From Limisphaerales bacterium (GTDB taxonomy: Bacteria > Verrucomicrobiota > Verrucomicrobiia > Limisphaerales > SIBE01), in NCBI GenBank assembly GCA_044225505.1, contig JBGAIN010000006.1, forward strand, positions 62,001 to 126,000: a stretch of 64,000 bases of DNA. Reading direction: 5' to 3'. A model generated the notes under the pieces. The model was not told where the DNA came from. It searched no databases and saw only the letters and a list, made by a program, of their open reading frames with translations. Shown one piece after another: positions 18,179-29,862 of this stretch. Within the stretch, counting starts at the first letter, position 1, and each line of letters starts with the position of its first letter. Position numbers and translations under genes: made by a program.

Positions 18179-19477
18179 ATGACCAAGTCTCTCGACCTTA
18201 AGCTGAGTGAGATTCGCTCGAATCCGTCGTCGCGCGCATTTATTATTGCCGATGCCAAAGACGCGGATATGGCTTTCGGGGTCAGGGCACCCGGGCCGCG
18301 CGCTTACCTGGCAAAGCATGGCGCCCGCCCGGCTCAGTTCTCGCCGGAAGTTTGGACTCGCGACGAATTTGGATACCGCAATCTACCGGAATTTCTCGAT
18401 ATCATTCGGGAGGTGGTTGACCAGGGTTACATCGACATCATGCTCATGTCGGCGTACGTCAACGAGCAGTTGACGATTAAAGAAGGGTTGTTCAATCCAT
18501 CGCACGTAACGCCCGCGGCCCGCGCGAATGACACCACCGATGTCTGGGCGATCCGGCAGGGCTGTTATACCCGTGAAGCGTCGCAGCCCTTTCGCAGCGC
18601 CAGTATCGATCAAATCCAGTGCGGCCAGGTGGAATGCGACCGGCGCGCCGCCACTTTCCCGGGAGCGAACCTCGGTCTTTACTCGATCACTTTCGTCAAT
18701 GAACTGGAGCAGGACCGCGAGGCTCTGCTCTGGTACAAAGCCTTCCGCGAGGAGGCCGAACGGAAGTCGTTTCGCCATTTCCTGGAGGTCTTCGATCCCA
18801 ACGTCGACAGCGGAATTCCGCGAGAGAAGCTCGGGGAATTCATCAACGACAATATCCTCCGGGTGCTGGCTGGGGTGCCGGCGGCGGGACGACCGCTCTT
18901 CCTCAAGATTGTCTATCACGGTCCGCGAGCGATGGAAGAGTTGGCGCAGTATGATCCCAATTTGGTCGTGGGGATTCTTGGGGGCAGCGCTGGAACCACG
19001 TATGATGCGTTTAAGTTGATTCATGACGCGCAGAAATACGGGGCGCGCGTCGCGCTTTTCGGCCGTAAGATCAACCAGGCGGAGCACCAGCTTGCGTTTG
19101 TAGAAATGCTCCGGCTCATCACCGACGGTCGAGTTTCGCCCGAGGAGGCGGTCCGGGCGTATCATGGCGTGCTTCAAGGAAAGAACATTCCTGCGCACCG
19201 CCCGCTCGAAGAGGATTTGAAGTTGACCGACCAGACGATGAGTTACGACGGAAACGCCGCTCGTCGGGCGAACGTGCCGATCCGGGACAACCCTCTAGCC
19301 CAAACGGCGAAGGCCTCTAGGCCGGCTGAACCGCCTTCCCCGGCGCCGACGATCCCTGCTGCCGCTACAACCGGGGAGTGGCCCAAACGCCCGGACGGAT
19401 CTCCAGATTTCGGCGCCATGAACTCCCGCCAACGCCAGGCCTATGACCAGTCCAGATTAACCCGTCGTTTTGGCTGA
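18179..19477 (+). CDS. BMC-locus-associated protein, probable class I aldolase-like TIM barrel
   Basis: 9 nt downstream of the LDH-like gene; FLKIVY.G, VGILGG, GARVALFGRKI resemble the DhnA/LsrF C-terminal half. Confidence 0.65.
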   Translation: MTKSLDLKLSEIRSNPSSRAFIIADAKDADMAFGVRAPGPRAYLAKHGARPAQFSPEVWTRDEFGYRNLPEFLDIIREVVDQGYIDIMLMSAYVNEQLTIKEGLFNPSHVTPAARANDTTDVWAIRQGCYTREASQPFRSASIDQIQCGQVECDRRAATFPGANLGLYSITFVNELEQDREALLWYKAFREEAERKSFRHFLEVFDPNVDSGIPREKLGEFINDNILRVLAGVPAAGRPLFLKIVYHGPRAMEELAQYDPNLVVGILGGSAGTTYDAFKLIHDAQKYGARVALFGRKINQAEHQLAFVEMLRLITDGRVSPEEAVRAYHGVLQGKNIPAHRPLEEDLKLTDQTMSYDGNAARRANVPIRDNPLAQTAKASRPAEPPSPAPTIPAAATTGEWPKRPDGSPDFGAMNSRQRQAYDQSRLTRRFG

Positions 19478-19518
19478 TCCGAATTGACAGTCGTTACGAC
19501 TGCGCCAGTCTCGGGCGC

Positions 19519-20190
19519 ATGACAGATCAGGCCCCTATTCGAGCTGTTATCTTCGACATGGACGGTGTGTTGACGGACTCTGAGCCGTTGATCAACGCGG
19601 CCGCCGTGGCGATGTTCCGCGAACTAGGTCTGATCGTTCAACCTGACGATTTCCTGCCGTTTGTTGGCACCGGCGAAGACCGGTATATCGGGGGAGTGGC
19701 TGAGCTTTATGGACGTTCACTGGAGATCGCGGCCGCGAAACGACGAACCTACGAGATCTATCTCGCGTTAGTGCCGGAGCGCCTTCGAGCTTTCCCAGGA
19801 GCGGTGGAACTGGCACAGGCCTGCCGAAAAGCACACTTGCGCCTCGCTGTGGCGTCGAGCGCCGACCGTATCAAGATCGATGCGAATCTGCGGAAGATCG
19901 GCCTTGAGGCGTCATGGTGGGACGCGGTCGTCAGCGCGGACGACGTGCGTCACAAAAAGCCGGCTCCCGACATTTTTCTGGCGGCGGCGCAAAAGTTGGG
20001 GGTCACGCCCGCGGAATGCGTCGTGATTGAAGACGCGGTCAATGGCATTCAAGCGGCGTTGGCGGCAGGCATGCGTTGTGTCGCGGTCGCCCATACCTTT
20101 CCCTCGGAGCAATTGCGCGCTGCCCACCTGATCCGCTCAACCATAGCGGCTGTAACACTCCCGGATTTAGCCGGTCGTGACAGCTGCTAG
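19519..20190 (+). CDS. HAD-family phosphatase (beta-phosphoglucomutase-like)
   Basis: FDMDGVLTDSE, VASS, KKPAPDIF, VIEDAVNGIQAA motifs I-IV. Confidence 0.9.
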   Translation: MTDQAPIRAVIFDMDGVLTDSEPLINAAAVAMFRELGLIVQPDDFLPFVGTGEDRYIGGVAELYGRSLEIAAAKRRTYEIYLALVPERLRAFPGAVELAQACRKAHLRLAVASSADRIKIDANLRKIGLEASWWDAVVSADDVRHKKPAPDIFLAAAQKLGVTPAECVVIEDAVNGIQAALAAGMRCVAVAHTFPSEQLRAAHLIRSTIAAVTLPDLAGRDSC

Positions 20191-20420
20191 TGTTTTCCCT
20201 CAAGAGTAAAACGTCCATTCCACGGATTGAAGCAGCCGCAGACGGCTGTAACTTTGGCGATGAGGGAAAGAGCAATCGCTGAAGCAGCAGCAGTGCACAG
20301 CGGCTTATTTCCAAGGTTCGGTCTTGGAAGCGTTTCTGTGACCCTAGGCTTGATCGCAATCCGAGTCCGACTGAAGCACAGCGACGATGTCAATTGAACC
20401 ATCGAACAAAAGGACTCAAT

Positions 20421-20945
20421 ATGCCAAGAGGTAACAACTCCTATGAGGGTGAAAACGAACTGCATTCGTTCGCGATCACTGAACCGGCCAGCTTAACCGA
20501 AAGAGACGCCAGAGGCGCGCGGGAATCCGACGAGAGCAGTGTCTACTCTTTTGGGGTGGCCGCTAAAGAGCCCGACCGTCAGAGCACCACGCGCCGCGGA
20601 AGTCCGTCGAGCCGCGCTCGAAGCAGCGCCGTGCCAGACGACTTCGAGGGCGAAGCATCGCCTCGAACCCGGTCTCCACAGCGTCGCGCTACTCGTCGGA
20701 GTGCCCCGCAAGCTCGCCGGAGCGCGAGCGATCGAGGGCAGACCCGTCGGCGTTCGTCCGGGACAACCGAGACGAAGGGACGTCAGAAGAAGAGCCGACG
20801 AGGCTTTGCGGCAATGAGTCCTGAGCAGCAGCGTGAGATCGCCCGGAAGGGTGGCCTGACGGTGAGTCGGAATCGACGTCACATGGCAGATATCGGACGA
20901 GTTGGCGGCGAGCATAGCCACGGCGGCCGTCGCAGTCGGCGCTAA
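20421..20945 (+). CDS. KGG-repeat general stress protein with long basic disordered N-terminus
   Basis: RGFAAMSPEQQREIARKGG...HMADIGRVGG; AAGGA upstream of ATG. Confidence 0.75.
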   Translation: MPRGNNSYEGENELHSFAITEPASLTERDARGARESDESSVYSFGVAAKEPDRQSTTRRGSPSSRARSSAVPDDFEGEASPRTRSPQRRATRRSAPQARRSASDRGQTRRRSSGTTETKGRQKKSRRGFAAMSPEQQREIARKGGLTVSRNRRHMADIGRVGGEHSHGGRRSRR

Positions 20946-21130
20946 CTCGTCTCGACCAAGAAAGCTCTGGGGAGCGTCGGTGCAAGCCGATTGCTCCCCT
21001 AACTTATTGCGTCCACGCGGGTTGGAGGATGTGGTGGAAGTTAACGGCGCCGCTGGCGATCCAGCGGTTTGGTTGTAACCGCCCCACAATTCTTTTGGTC
21101 ATTGTGGGTGAAACGTTTTACATTCAACCC

Positions 21131-22675
21131 ATGAGCCAACCTATTGCCTCCGCCGCCGGCGCTGGCCAGTCTGCCTCGGATTCGCCTTTTGGCGCGACGT
21201 TCGCGCCGCCCCCTCGTTCCTCTCCGTGGCTCAAACGGATCATCATTCTGCTCGTCCTGGCGGGAATCGGCGTGGGTGCCTACTGGTATTACGGCCGGGG
21301 CAAGGCAAGCGCAGCTGCGGTTCAGTTCCGGACGGTCACGATCGGCCGTGGAGACCTGGTCCAGGAAGTGACTGCGAACGGATCTTTGAATCCGGTCAAG
21401 AACGTTGAAGTGGGCAGCCAGGTCTCCGGCATCATTGATAAGATCAATGTCGACTTTAATTCCCACGTCAAAGCGGGCGATGTCATTGCCCAGATCGATC
21501 CCTCGACCTACCAGCAGAGTCTGATTCAGGCCGAAGCGGAATTGGCTAATGCCAAAGCGGCCCTGGAACTGGCCGAGATTAACGCGAAACGGGCGCAGGA
21601 GCTTTTCAAGAACAAGCTTATCTCGGCAGCGGAACACGATAGCGCCGTCGCGGCTCATCATCAGGCCGAGGCGGTGGTAAAGACCCGCGAGGCGTCGGTC
21701 TTCCGAGCCAAAGTTGACCTCTCCAGAACGACGATCACCGCGCCAATTAGCGGGGTGGTCATCTCCCGAGCGGTTGATCAGGGCCAAACGGTTGCGGCTA
21801 GCTTCAACACACCGCGACTTTTCGTCATCGCCAATGACTTGACCAAAATGCAGATCGAAGCGGCTGTTTCGGAAGCCGACGTTGGCGGAGTGGAAGAAGG
21901 ACAGCGCGTCACCTTCTCGGTGGATGCGTTTCCCAACCGGAAATTCTACGGTGAGGTTCAACAGGTGCGCTTTGCTCCCATTACCAACCAAAACGTGGTT
22001 ACTTATACGGCGGTGGTGGGTGTGAATAATCCCGATCTGAAATTGCGCCCGGGAATGACGGCGGTCGCTCGACTCATCACGGCGGAGCGAAAAGGGGTCG
22101 TGCGTGTGCCGAATTCGGCTTTGCGGTTCCGGCCTCCGCCAGGGAGCGTTCCCACACCTCCTACGGCTGGCCCTGGCTCTCAGGGAACGAATGCGCCCGC
22201 GGCTGTGGTCACAGACGCTTCCGGAGTTCCAATTCCGCCCTGGCGCGCCGAAAGTCGTCGGCCGAACCCCGGGGAGCGTGAGAAATGGGAAGCGACTTTG
22301 ACGCCCGAACAGCGGGAGAAGTTCCAGGAAATGATGCAGCAGATGCGTCAGCGTTTTGCGGAAGGCGGCGGTGGCGGCGGTGGCGGCGGGGCCGGTGGGG
22401 GTGGAGGCGGCGGGGCGGCACCACGGCCGCGGCCGGAAGGTCCTACCACAGCCACCGTTTACCTCTTGGAAGGAGGCAGCGCGGAAAAGCCGACTTTAAA
22501 GCCGATCACGATCAAAACGGGGATCAGCGACGGGACGAATACGGAGATCCTGGAGGGGCTGAAAGAAGGGGACTTGGTGGTGGTAGGAACGAGTGGAGGA
22601 GCGGCGGCGACTGCAGGCGCAGCCCCGGCGAGCAACCCATTCAGTCCGTTTGGCGGTGGGCCTCCGCGCCGTTAA
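21131..22675 (+). CDS. Efflux membrane fusion protein (MacA/HlyD-like)
   Basis: N-terminal TM, VEVGSQVSG, ITAPISGVV, V.EADVG, LRPGMTA; Gly-rich insert. Confidence 0.9.
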   Translation: MSQPIASAAGAGQSASDSPFGATFAPPPRSSPWLKRIIILLVLAGIGVGAYWYYGRGKASAAAVQFRTVTIGRGDLVQEVTANGSLNPVKNVEVGSQVSGIIDKINVDFNSHVKAGDVIAQIDPSTYQQSLIQAEAELANAKAALELAEINAKRAQELFKNKLISAAEHDSAVAAHHQAEAVVKTREASVFRAKVDLSRTTITAPISGVVISRAVDQGQTVAASFNTPRLFVIANDLTKMQIEAAVSEADVGGVEEGQRVTFSVDAFPNRKFYGEVQQVRFAPITNQNVVTYTAVVGVNNPDLKLRPGMTAVARLITAERKGVVRVPNSALRFRPPPGSVPTPPTAGPGSQGTNAPAAVVTDASGVPIPPWRAESRRPNPGEREKWEATLTPEQREKFQEMMQQMRQRFAEGGGGGGGGGAGGGGGGGAAPRPRPEGPTTATVYLLEGGSAEKPTLKPITIKTGISDGTNTEILEGLKEGDLVVVGTSGGAAATAGAAPASNPFSPFGGGPPRR

Positions 22676-22686
22676 CCGGCCTTGCC

Positions 22687-23445
22687 ATGCAGCCGATCAT
22701 CAAACTGGAACAGTTCTCGAAGACCTACCGGACGGGCGAGGTCGATGTCCATGCCGTGCGCGGTCTTACCGTGGACATTATGCCAGGCGAGTTTGTCGCG
22801 ATCATGGGGGCGAGCGGCTCTGGCAAGTCGACCCTGATGAATACCATCGGTTGCCTGGACCGACCGACGGGGGGGAAATACCTCCTGGATGGCATCAACA
22901 TTAGCCAGCTCAACCGGGACGAACTGGCCGATCTGCGGAATCGTAAGATCGGCTTCGTTTTTCAAGGGTTTAATTTGCTTTCAAGGACGTCTGCTCTGGA
23001 GAACGTGGAGTTGCCGATGATTTATATGCGTCCCTCCATTCCGTCCGGCGAACAACGCACCCGCGCGCTGCAAGCCTTGCAGATCGTTGGCTTGGGCAAT
23101 CGCGCCGATCATCATCCCAATCAGCTTTCCGGGGGACAGCAGCAACGGGTCGCCATTGCGCGTTCGCTCGTGAATCGTCCGAAGTTGCTTCTGGCGGACG
23201 AGCCGACTGGCAACTTGGACACCCGCACTAGCATCGAGATCATGGGTGTGTTTCAGGACCTTAACCGGAAGGGAATGACCATCGTGATGGTTACCCACGA
23301 ACTTGACATCGCTCGTTACACTCAGCGAATGGTGGTCATGCGCGACGGCCGAATTGTCAAAGACGAAGCGGTGCCCGATCGCCTGGATGCCGTCGAAGAG
23401 ATGCGCAAGCTGGACGAAGAACATAAAGCCGTCGCTCTGGTATGA
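22687..23445 (+). CDS. ABC transporter ATP-binding protein (MacB/LolD-like)
   Basis: [34 protein letters not shown]; true start MQPIIK. Confidence 0.93.
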   Translation: MQPIIKLEQFSKTYRTGEVDVHAVRGLTVDIMPGEFVAIMGASGSGKSTLMNTIGCLDRPTGGKYLLDGINISQLNRDELADLRNRKIGFVFQGFNLLSRTSALENVELPMIYMRPSIPSGEQRTRALQALQIVGLGNRADHHPNQLSGGQQQRVAIARSLVNRPKLLLADEPTGNLDTRTSIEIMGVFQDLNRKGMTIVMVTHELDIARYTQRMVVMRDGRIVKDEAVPDRLDAVEEMRKLDEEHKAVALV

Positions 23446-24659
23446 TCGTATTTGCCACTCTCCGTATCGCGGTGCGCGCCTTGCGCCGGAACACGCTCCG
23501 GACGCTCTTGACGATGCTCGGCATTATCATTGGGGTGGGCGCGGTGATCGCCATGGTCAGCATCGGGAACGGCGCTAAGTCTCAAATCGAAGCGCAAATT
23601 GCCAGTTTGGGTCAGAACGTCATCCAAGTGATGTCAGGCAACTTCAGTCGCGGCGGAGTGCGCATGGGCTGGGGATCGGCGGGCACTCTCACGCGGGAGG
23701 ATTACGAAGCGATCCGGAAAGAGGTTACTGGCATCAACGGCATCAGCCCAGAAGTCAGCTCGGGCGCTCAAATCGCCGCCGGCAATCAAAACAGTAACGT
23801 CTCCATCAAGGGTGTGGGAGCGGATTACGCGGATGTTCGGTCCTGGGGATTGGTTAGTGGCGAAAACTTCACCGAGACCGACGTGCGGCAGGCGAACAAG
23901 GTTGCCATCTTGGGGCAAACCACAGCGCAGAACCTGTTTGGAGACGGGGATCCGGTTGGACAAACCATCCGCATCAAGAACGCGCCGTTCACGGTCGTGG
24001 GCTTGCTTCAGCGCAAGGGCAGTTTGCCTTGGGGCGGTGACCAGGACGACGTCGTCTTGGTGCCTTACACCAGTGCCATGAAGCGCTTGGCGGGGCAAAC
24101 CACATTCCGATTCTTTTATGTCCAGGCCGCATCCGCCGAAATGATTCCTGAAGTCCAAACGCAAATTGCGGAATTGCTCCGACAACGGCATCGTATTGCC
24201 GACGGGCGGGATGATGATTTCATGGTCCAGACGCAACAGGAGATCTCGGATCGCGTCACGGCGACGTCGCGGATTATGACCGTTCTTTTGGGATCGATCG
24301 CCAGTGTCTCGCTCCTGGTGGGCGGGATCGGGATTATGAACATCATGCTGGTGAGCGTGACGGAGCGCACGCGGGAGATTGGCATTCGTCTGGCCGTGGG
24401 CGCGCGCGGCCGTGACATCCTGATGCAATTCCTGATCGAAGCGGTGACTTTGAGCGCCGTCGGGGGCGCCGCAGGGATTCTGCTGGGGATCGGATCGTCG
24501 CGATTTATTTCCGCGAAGATGAGTTGGCCGACATTGACGTCGGCCGACTCGATTCTGGTGGCGTTTGTGTTCAGCGCCGCGGTGGGCATCTTCTTTGGGT
24601 TTTACCCAGCGCGGAAGGCGTCTCAGTTGGATCCGATTGAAGCCCTTCGCTACGAATGA
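23442..24659 (+). CDS. ABC transporter permease (MacB/FtsX-like)
   Basis: LTMLGIIIGVGAV, GGIGIMNIMLVSVTERTREIGIR, GFYPARKASQLDPIEALRYE. Confidence 0.93.
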   Translation: MIVFATLRIAVRALRRNTLRTLLTMLGIIIGVGAVIAMVSIGNGAKSQIEAQIASLGQNVIQVMSGNFSRGGVRMGWGSAGTLTREDYEAIRKEVTGINGISPEVSSGAQIAAGNQNSNVSIKGVGADYADVRSWGLVSGENFTETDVRQANKVAILGQTTAQNLFGDGDPVGQTIRIKNAPFTVVGLLQRKGSLPWGGDQDDVVLVPYTSAMKRLAGQTTFRFFYVQAASAEMIPEVQTQIAELLRQRHRIADGRDDDFMVQTQQEISDRVTATSRIMTVLLGSIASVSLLVGGIGIMNIMLVSVTERTREIGIRLAVGARGRDILMQFLIEAVTLSAVGGAAGILLGIGSSRFISAKMSWPTLTSADSILVAFVFSAAVGIFFGFYPARKASQLDPIEALRYE

Positions 24660-24872
24660 TCGGGCTCGTTTAGGAGCAGGCGAACGCTCGCGGCAGAGCG
24701 ATTCTTCGCGCGGCGTAACCAAACCGCGAGAACATGGTCATGAGAAGATGGAAGCGGTCGCCACGTTTTGGCCTTGGAAAAAGGCGGGCGAGCATTTACT
24801 TCACAGGGAGTTCGGAAAGCGCGTTGGACGCGTGGACCGCGCACGACTGATGGCGTGAATGCGACAGCTCTC

Positions 24873-25460
24873 ATGGGTGACGAGGTTCTCGATGTGCCAG
24901 CTTGCCTGGAGCGAGTGCGTCAGCGGGATGAAGAAGCAGCCCGGTTGCTGCTGCATCATCTCTATCCCTTTGTCATCAAACTCGTGCGCGCCCACTTGCC
25001 TCGACGAACCAGCGAGGAAGACTTGGCCCAGACCATCTTCATGAAGATTTTCGCCAACCTCGACCAGTATTCGGGGACGGTGCCGCTGGAACATTGGGTC
25101 TCACGGATTGCCATTAACGCGTGTTTAAACCAATTGCGCGTGGAGAAAGTCCGGCCTGAGCTGCGTTGGGCGGACTTGGGTGAAGAGGAAGTTTTTATCC
25201 TGCAGTCTTTAGCCGCGACTGCCGACGAGATGCATCCGGATCAGTCTCTGGCCTCCAAAGAGTTGGTCGAGAAACTCCTGGAACGACTTTCTCCGGAAGA
25301 TCGACTGGTGATCCATTTGCTTCATCTCGAAGGCCGAAGCATCGAGGAGATCAAACAGATCACAGGGTGGAAAGGCCCTTTGGTGAAGGTTCGCGCGTTC
25401 CGAGCGCGCCACAAACTGCGCCAGCATCTGGCCTACTTAATGAAAGAAGAACAGCCATGA
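24873..25460 (+). CDS. ECF-family sigma factor
   Basis: EDLAQTIFMKIF...HWVSRIAIN; region 4 LEGRSIEEI...VKVRAFRAR; start could be GTG 24855. Confidence 0.88.
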   Translation: MGDEVLDVPACLERVRQRDEEAARLLLHHLYPFVIKLVRAHLPRRTSEEDLAQTIFMKIFANLDQYSGTVPLEHWVSRIAINACLNQLRVEKVRPELRWADLGEEEVFILQSLAATADEMHPDQSLASKELVEKLLERLSPEDRLVIHLLHLEGRSIEEIKQITGWKGPLVKVRAFRARHKLRQHLAYLMKEEQP

Positions 25461-25747
25461 ACCGGACCGATTCTTGCCTGCAACGCCTGTTCCGATCGGC
25501 CGCCCGGACCGCGGAACCGCTTCCCGCCGAAGCCCCTTTTTGGTTGGAGACGCGAGTGATGGCGAGTTGGCGGTCGGGTGCGTCTGAGCCTTTGGGGATG
25601 TTAACCGGGCTGTTCCGGGGCGCCGTGGTCTGTGCCTGTGTGATAATTCTGGTTTCGACGGCTCTGACGTTAGGTTCGCTGCGCGAGCCGCCGGCGAACG
25701 AGTTGGTCATTGTGGACTCGGTCCTGCAGATCAGTTTGATGCAATGA
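25457..25747 (+). CDS. Small membrane protein, putative anti-sigma factor
   Basis: ATGA overlap with sigma; APFWLETRVMASWR followed by one TM helix. Confidence 0.65.
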   Translation: MNRTDSCLQRLFRSAARTAEPLPAEAPFWLETRVMASWRSGASEPLGMLTGLFRGAVVCACVIILVSTALTLGSLREPPANELVIVDSVLQISLMQ

Positions 25748-26157
25748 ACGCGTTGACTCCTGGCAAAGTGATCGCCTGTCTGGCCTTGGTCTTCATCGCC
25801 GGCGGCAGTGCTGGCGCATTCCTCACGCTGAAGAACACCCGGCCTCGCGAAACCCAGCCGGCCTCCGTCGAAAAGGCCTGTCATCGTCTGCAGGACCGTT
25901 TTGTCTCGCGCTTGCAGCTGACGCCGGAACAAGTCAAAAAGCTCCAGCCCGTTTTTGACGAGACCGCCATGCAACTGCGGAGCGCGCATGCTCGCGCCAT
26001 GCAAGAAGGGGACGCCATCATCCGCAAGGCCCAAACCCAGATCGCGGCCGAGCTCACTCCCGAACAGAAAGTTAAACTCGATCAGTTCGACAAGGAACGG
26101 TGCGACTGGATGCGCCGCCGGCTCAAAGATGGCGAGGTCGCCAAGCCCACTCCCTGA
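25744..26157 (+). CDS. Periplasmic helical Spy/CpxP-like (LTxEQ) protein
   Basis: N-terminal hydrophobic segment; two LTPEQ motifs; overlaps the upstream stop. Confidence 0.65.
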   Translation: MNALTPGKVIACLALVFIAGGSAGAFLTLKNTRPRETQPASVEKACHRLQDRFVSRLQLTPEQVKKLQPVFDETAMQLRSAHARAMQEGDAIIRKAQTQIAAELTPEQKVKLDQFDKERCDWMRRRLKDGEVAKPTP

Positions 26158-26243
26158 TCGCGGCCTCTTCTCCCCCAACTCGGCCTGGGTCCACCGGTCT
26201 CCGATCCACTACGCCTGCCCTGGGATCCGCTCACGCTCCTTCG

Positions 26244-28484
<2,241 letters not shown>

Positions 28485-28616
28485 GCGAATAGGATCGCTG
28501 GGAATTGGGTTTGGGACAAGTCCGGCCGCCGCTGGGCCAGAGGGAGGCGAGAATGTTGAGAACAAAGCGGGGCCAGCGCTGGCTCCTACGTTCTGCTTTG
28601 AGAGACGGTTCGTTAA

Positions 28617-28707
28617 TAACAGGGAAACAAAACGGAGATCACATGGAAATAACACGGCTATCATCCGAGGTAAATCCCTGTTATCTCCGTGTTATATCCG
28701 TGTTAAA
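28617..28707. repeat. Palindromic array of 11-bp units (4 forward + 3-nt centre + 4 reverse)
   Basis: TAACAGGGAAA CAAAACGGAGA TCACATGGAAA TAACACGGCTA tca TCCGAGGTAAA TCCCTGTTATC TCCGTGTTATA TCCGTGTTAAA. Confidence 0.8.
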
Positions 28708-28962
28708 AGCGAACCAAGAGGCTTGGAAGCTGGAACCGTTTGCGCCTGGCCTTGGTCCAGGTGAGATTGTCGCGCGGTGCCGAGGCTTAGGCGGTAACCC
28801 CGGCCCGCAACCGCTTCGCCTTGACAATCGTGATTCAAACAACCCTTAACCCAACTCCACCCATGTTCCGCAGCGCGGCTTGATCGGATAAAGAGAGGAC
28901 GGCAATTTTCACTCTCCTTGACCCCGCCCCGCACATCGAGTAGTCGTGCTAGGCAGTTCGCC

Positions 28963-29808
28963 ATGGCAAATTACTCGCACCCTGAAGTCCTCGCCTCCAC
29001 GGATTGGGTCAAAGAGCATTTGGGTCGCCCAACTCTCCGTCTGGTAGAAATTGACGTGGACACCAAAGCTTATGACGTGGGGCATATCCCAGGCGCGGTG
29101 GGTTTCAATTGGCAGACGCAGCTCCAGGACCCAGTGCGACGCGATATCGTGAGTCGCGAGGCTTTCGAGGCACTGGTGGGCGGAGCAGGCATTTCACCGC
29201 AGGACACCGTCGTGGTCTACGGCGATAATCACAATTGGTTCGCCGCTTATGGTTTTTGGCTCTTTAAGCTGTATGGCCATCAAGATATTCGTCTCATGAA
29301 TGGCGGGCGCGTGAAATGGCTGAGTGAACTGGACAAGCCGCTCACGAGCGACAAGCCGATATTCTCGCCGGTGCCTTACCGCGCTGGCTCGGTGGATAGG
29401 GCATTGCGAGCCCTCGTGCCGCAAGTTCTCGACGTGGCAGCGCAGAGAACGTGGAACCTGGTCGACGTGCGAAGTCCTGACGAATTCACCGGCAAAGTGA
29501 TCGCACCTCCCGGAATGACGGAAACCGCGCAGCGTGGCGGGCATATCCCCGGAGCCAGGAGCGTCCCTTGGAGCAGCGCCGTGCGTGCCGATGGCACGTT
29601 TAAGTCCGCCGACGAACTGCGGGCCATCTATTTTGAAGAGAGAGGAATCGATCCGAATCGGGAGACGATCACGTATTGTCGAATCGGCGAACGTTCCAGC
29701 CACAGTTGGTTCGTCCTGAAATATCTGCTCGGGATGAAAGATGTGCGCAATTATGACGGTAGCTGGACCGAGTACGGGAATCTGGTCGGCGCACCGATTG
29801 AGAAGTAG
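28963..29808 (+). CDS. Tandem-rhodanese sulfurtransferase (SseA/CysA-like)
   Basis: GHIPGA twice, LVDVRSPDEF.G, active-site YCRIGERSS, NYDGSWTEYG. Confidence 0.93.
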   Translation: MANYSHPEVLASTDWVKEHLGRPTLRLVEIDVDTKAYDVGHIPGAVGFNWQTQLQDPVRRDIVSREAFEALVGGAGISPQDTVVVYGDNHNWFAAYGFWLFKLYGHQDIRLMNGGRVKWLSELDKPLTSDKPIFSPVPYRAGSVDRALRALVPQVLDVAAQRTWNLVDVRSPDEFTGKVIAPPGMTETAQRGGHIPGARSVPWSSAVRADGTFKSADELRAIYFEERGIDPNRETITYCRIGERSSHSWFVLKYLLGMKDVRNYDGSWTEYGNLVGAPIEK

Positions 29809-29862
29809 CGAGGGACCGGACCCAGACCGCAAGGCGCCCATTGCCTGACTCCCCACGGCCGC

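Noticed and set aside
22364..22420. GGC/GGT-rich tract as a phase-variable repeat
   Set aside because: It is an in-frame, codon-varied poly-Gly linker of the membrane fusion protein.
22285..22686. Arg/Trp-rich N-terminal extension on the ABC ATPase ORF
   Set aside because: Alternate-frame read of the upstream gene's Gly-rich region; the real start is ATG 22687.
28567..28590. GTAG-led short hairpin (minus strand GTAGGAGCCAGCGCTGGCCCC) as a REP
   Set aside because: Single short copy in the window; cannot be distinguished from chance.
28617..28707. CRISPR array interpretation of the periodic repeats (also 51871-51961)
   Set aside because: Units are 11 bp, contiguous, mirrored and lack unique spacers; no cas genes in the window.
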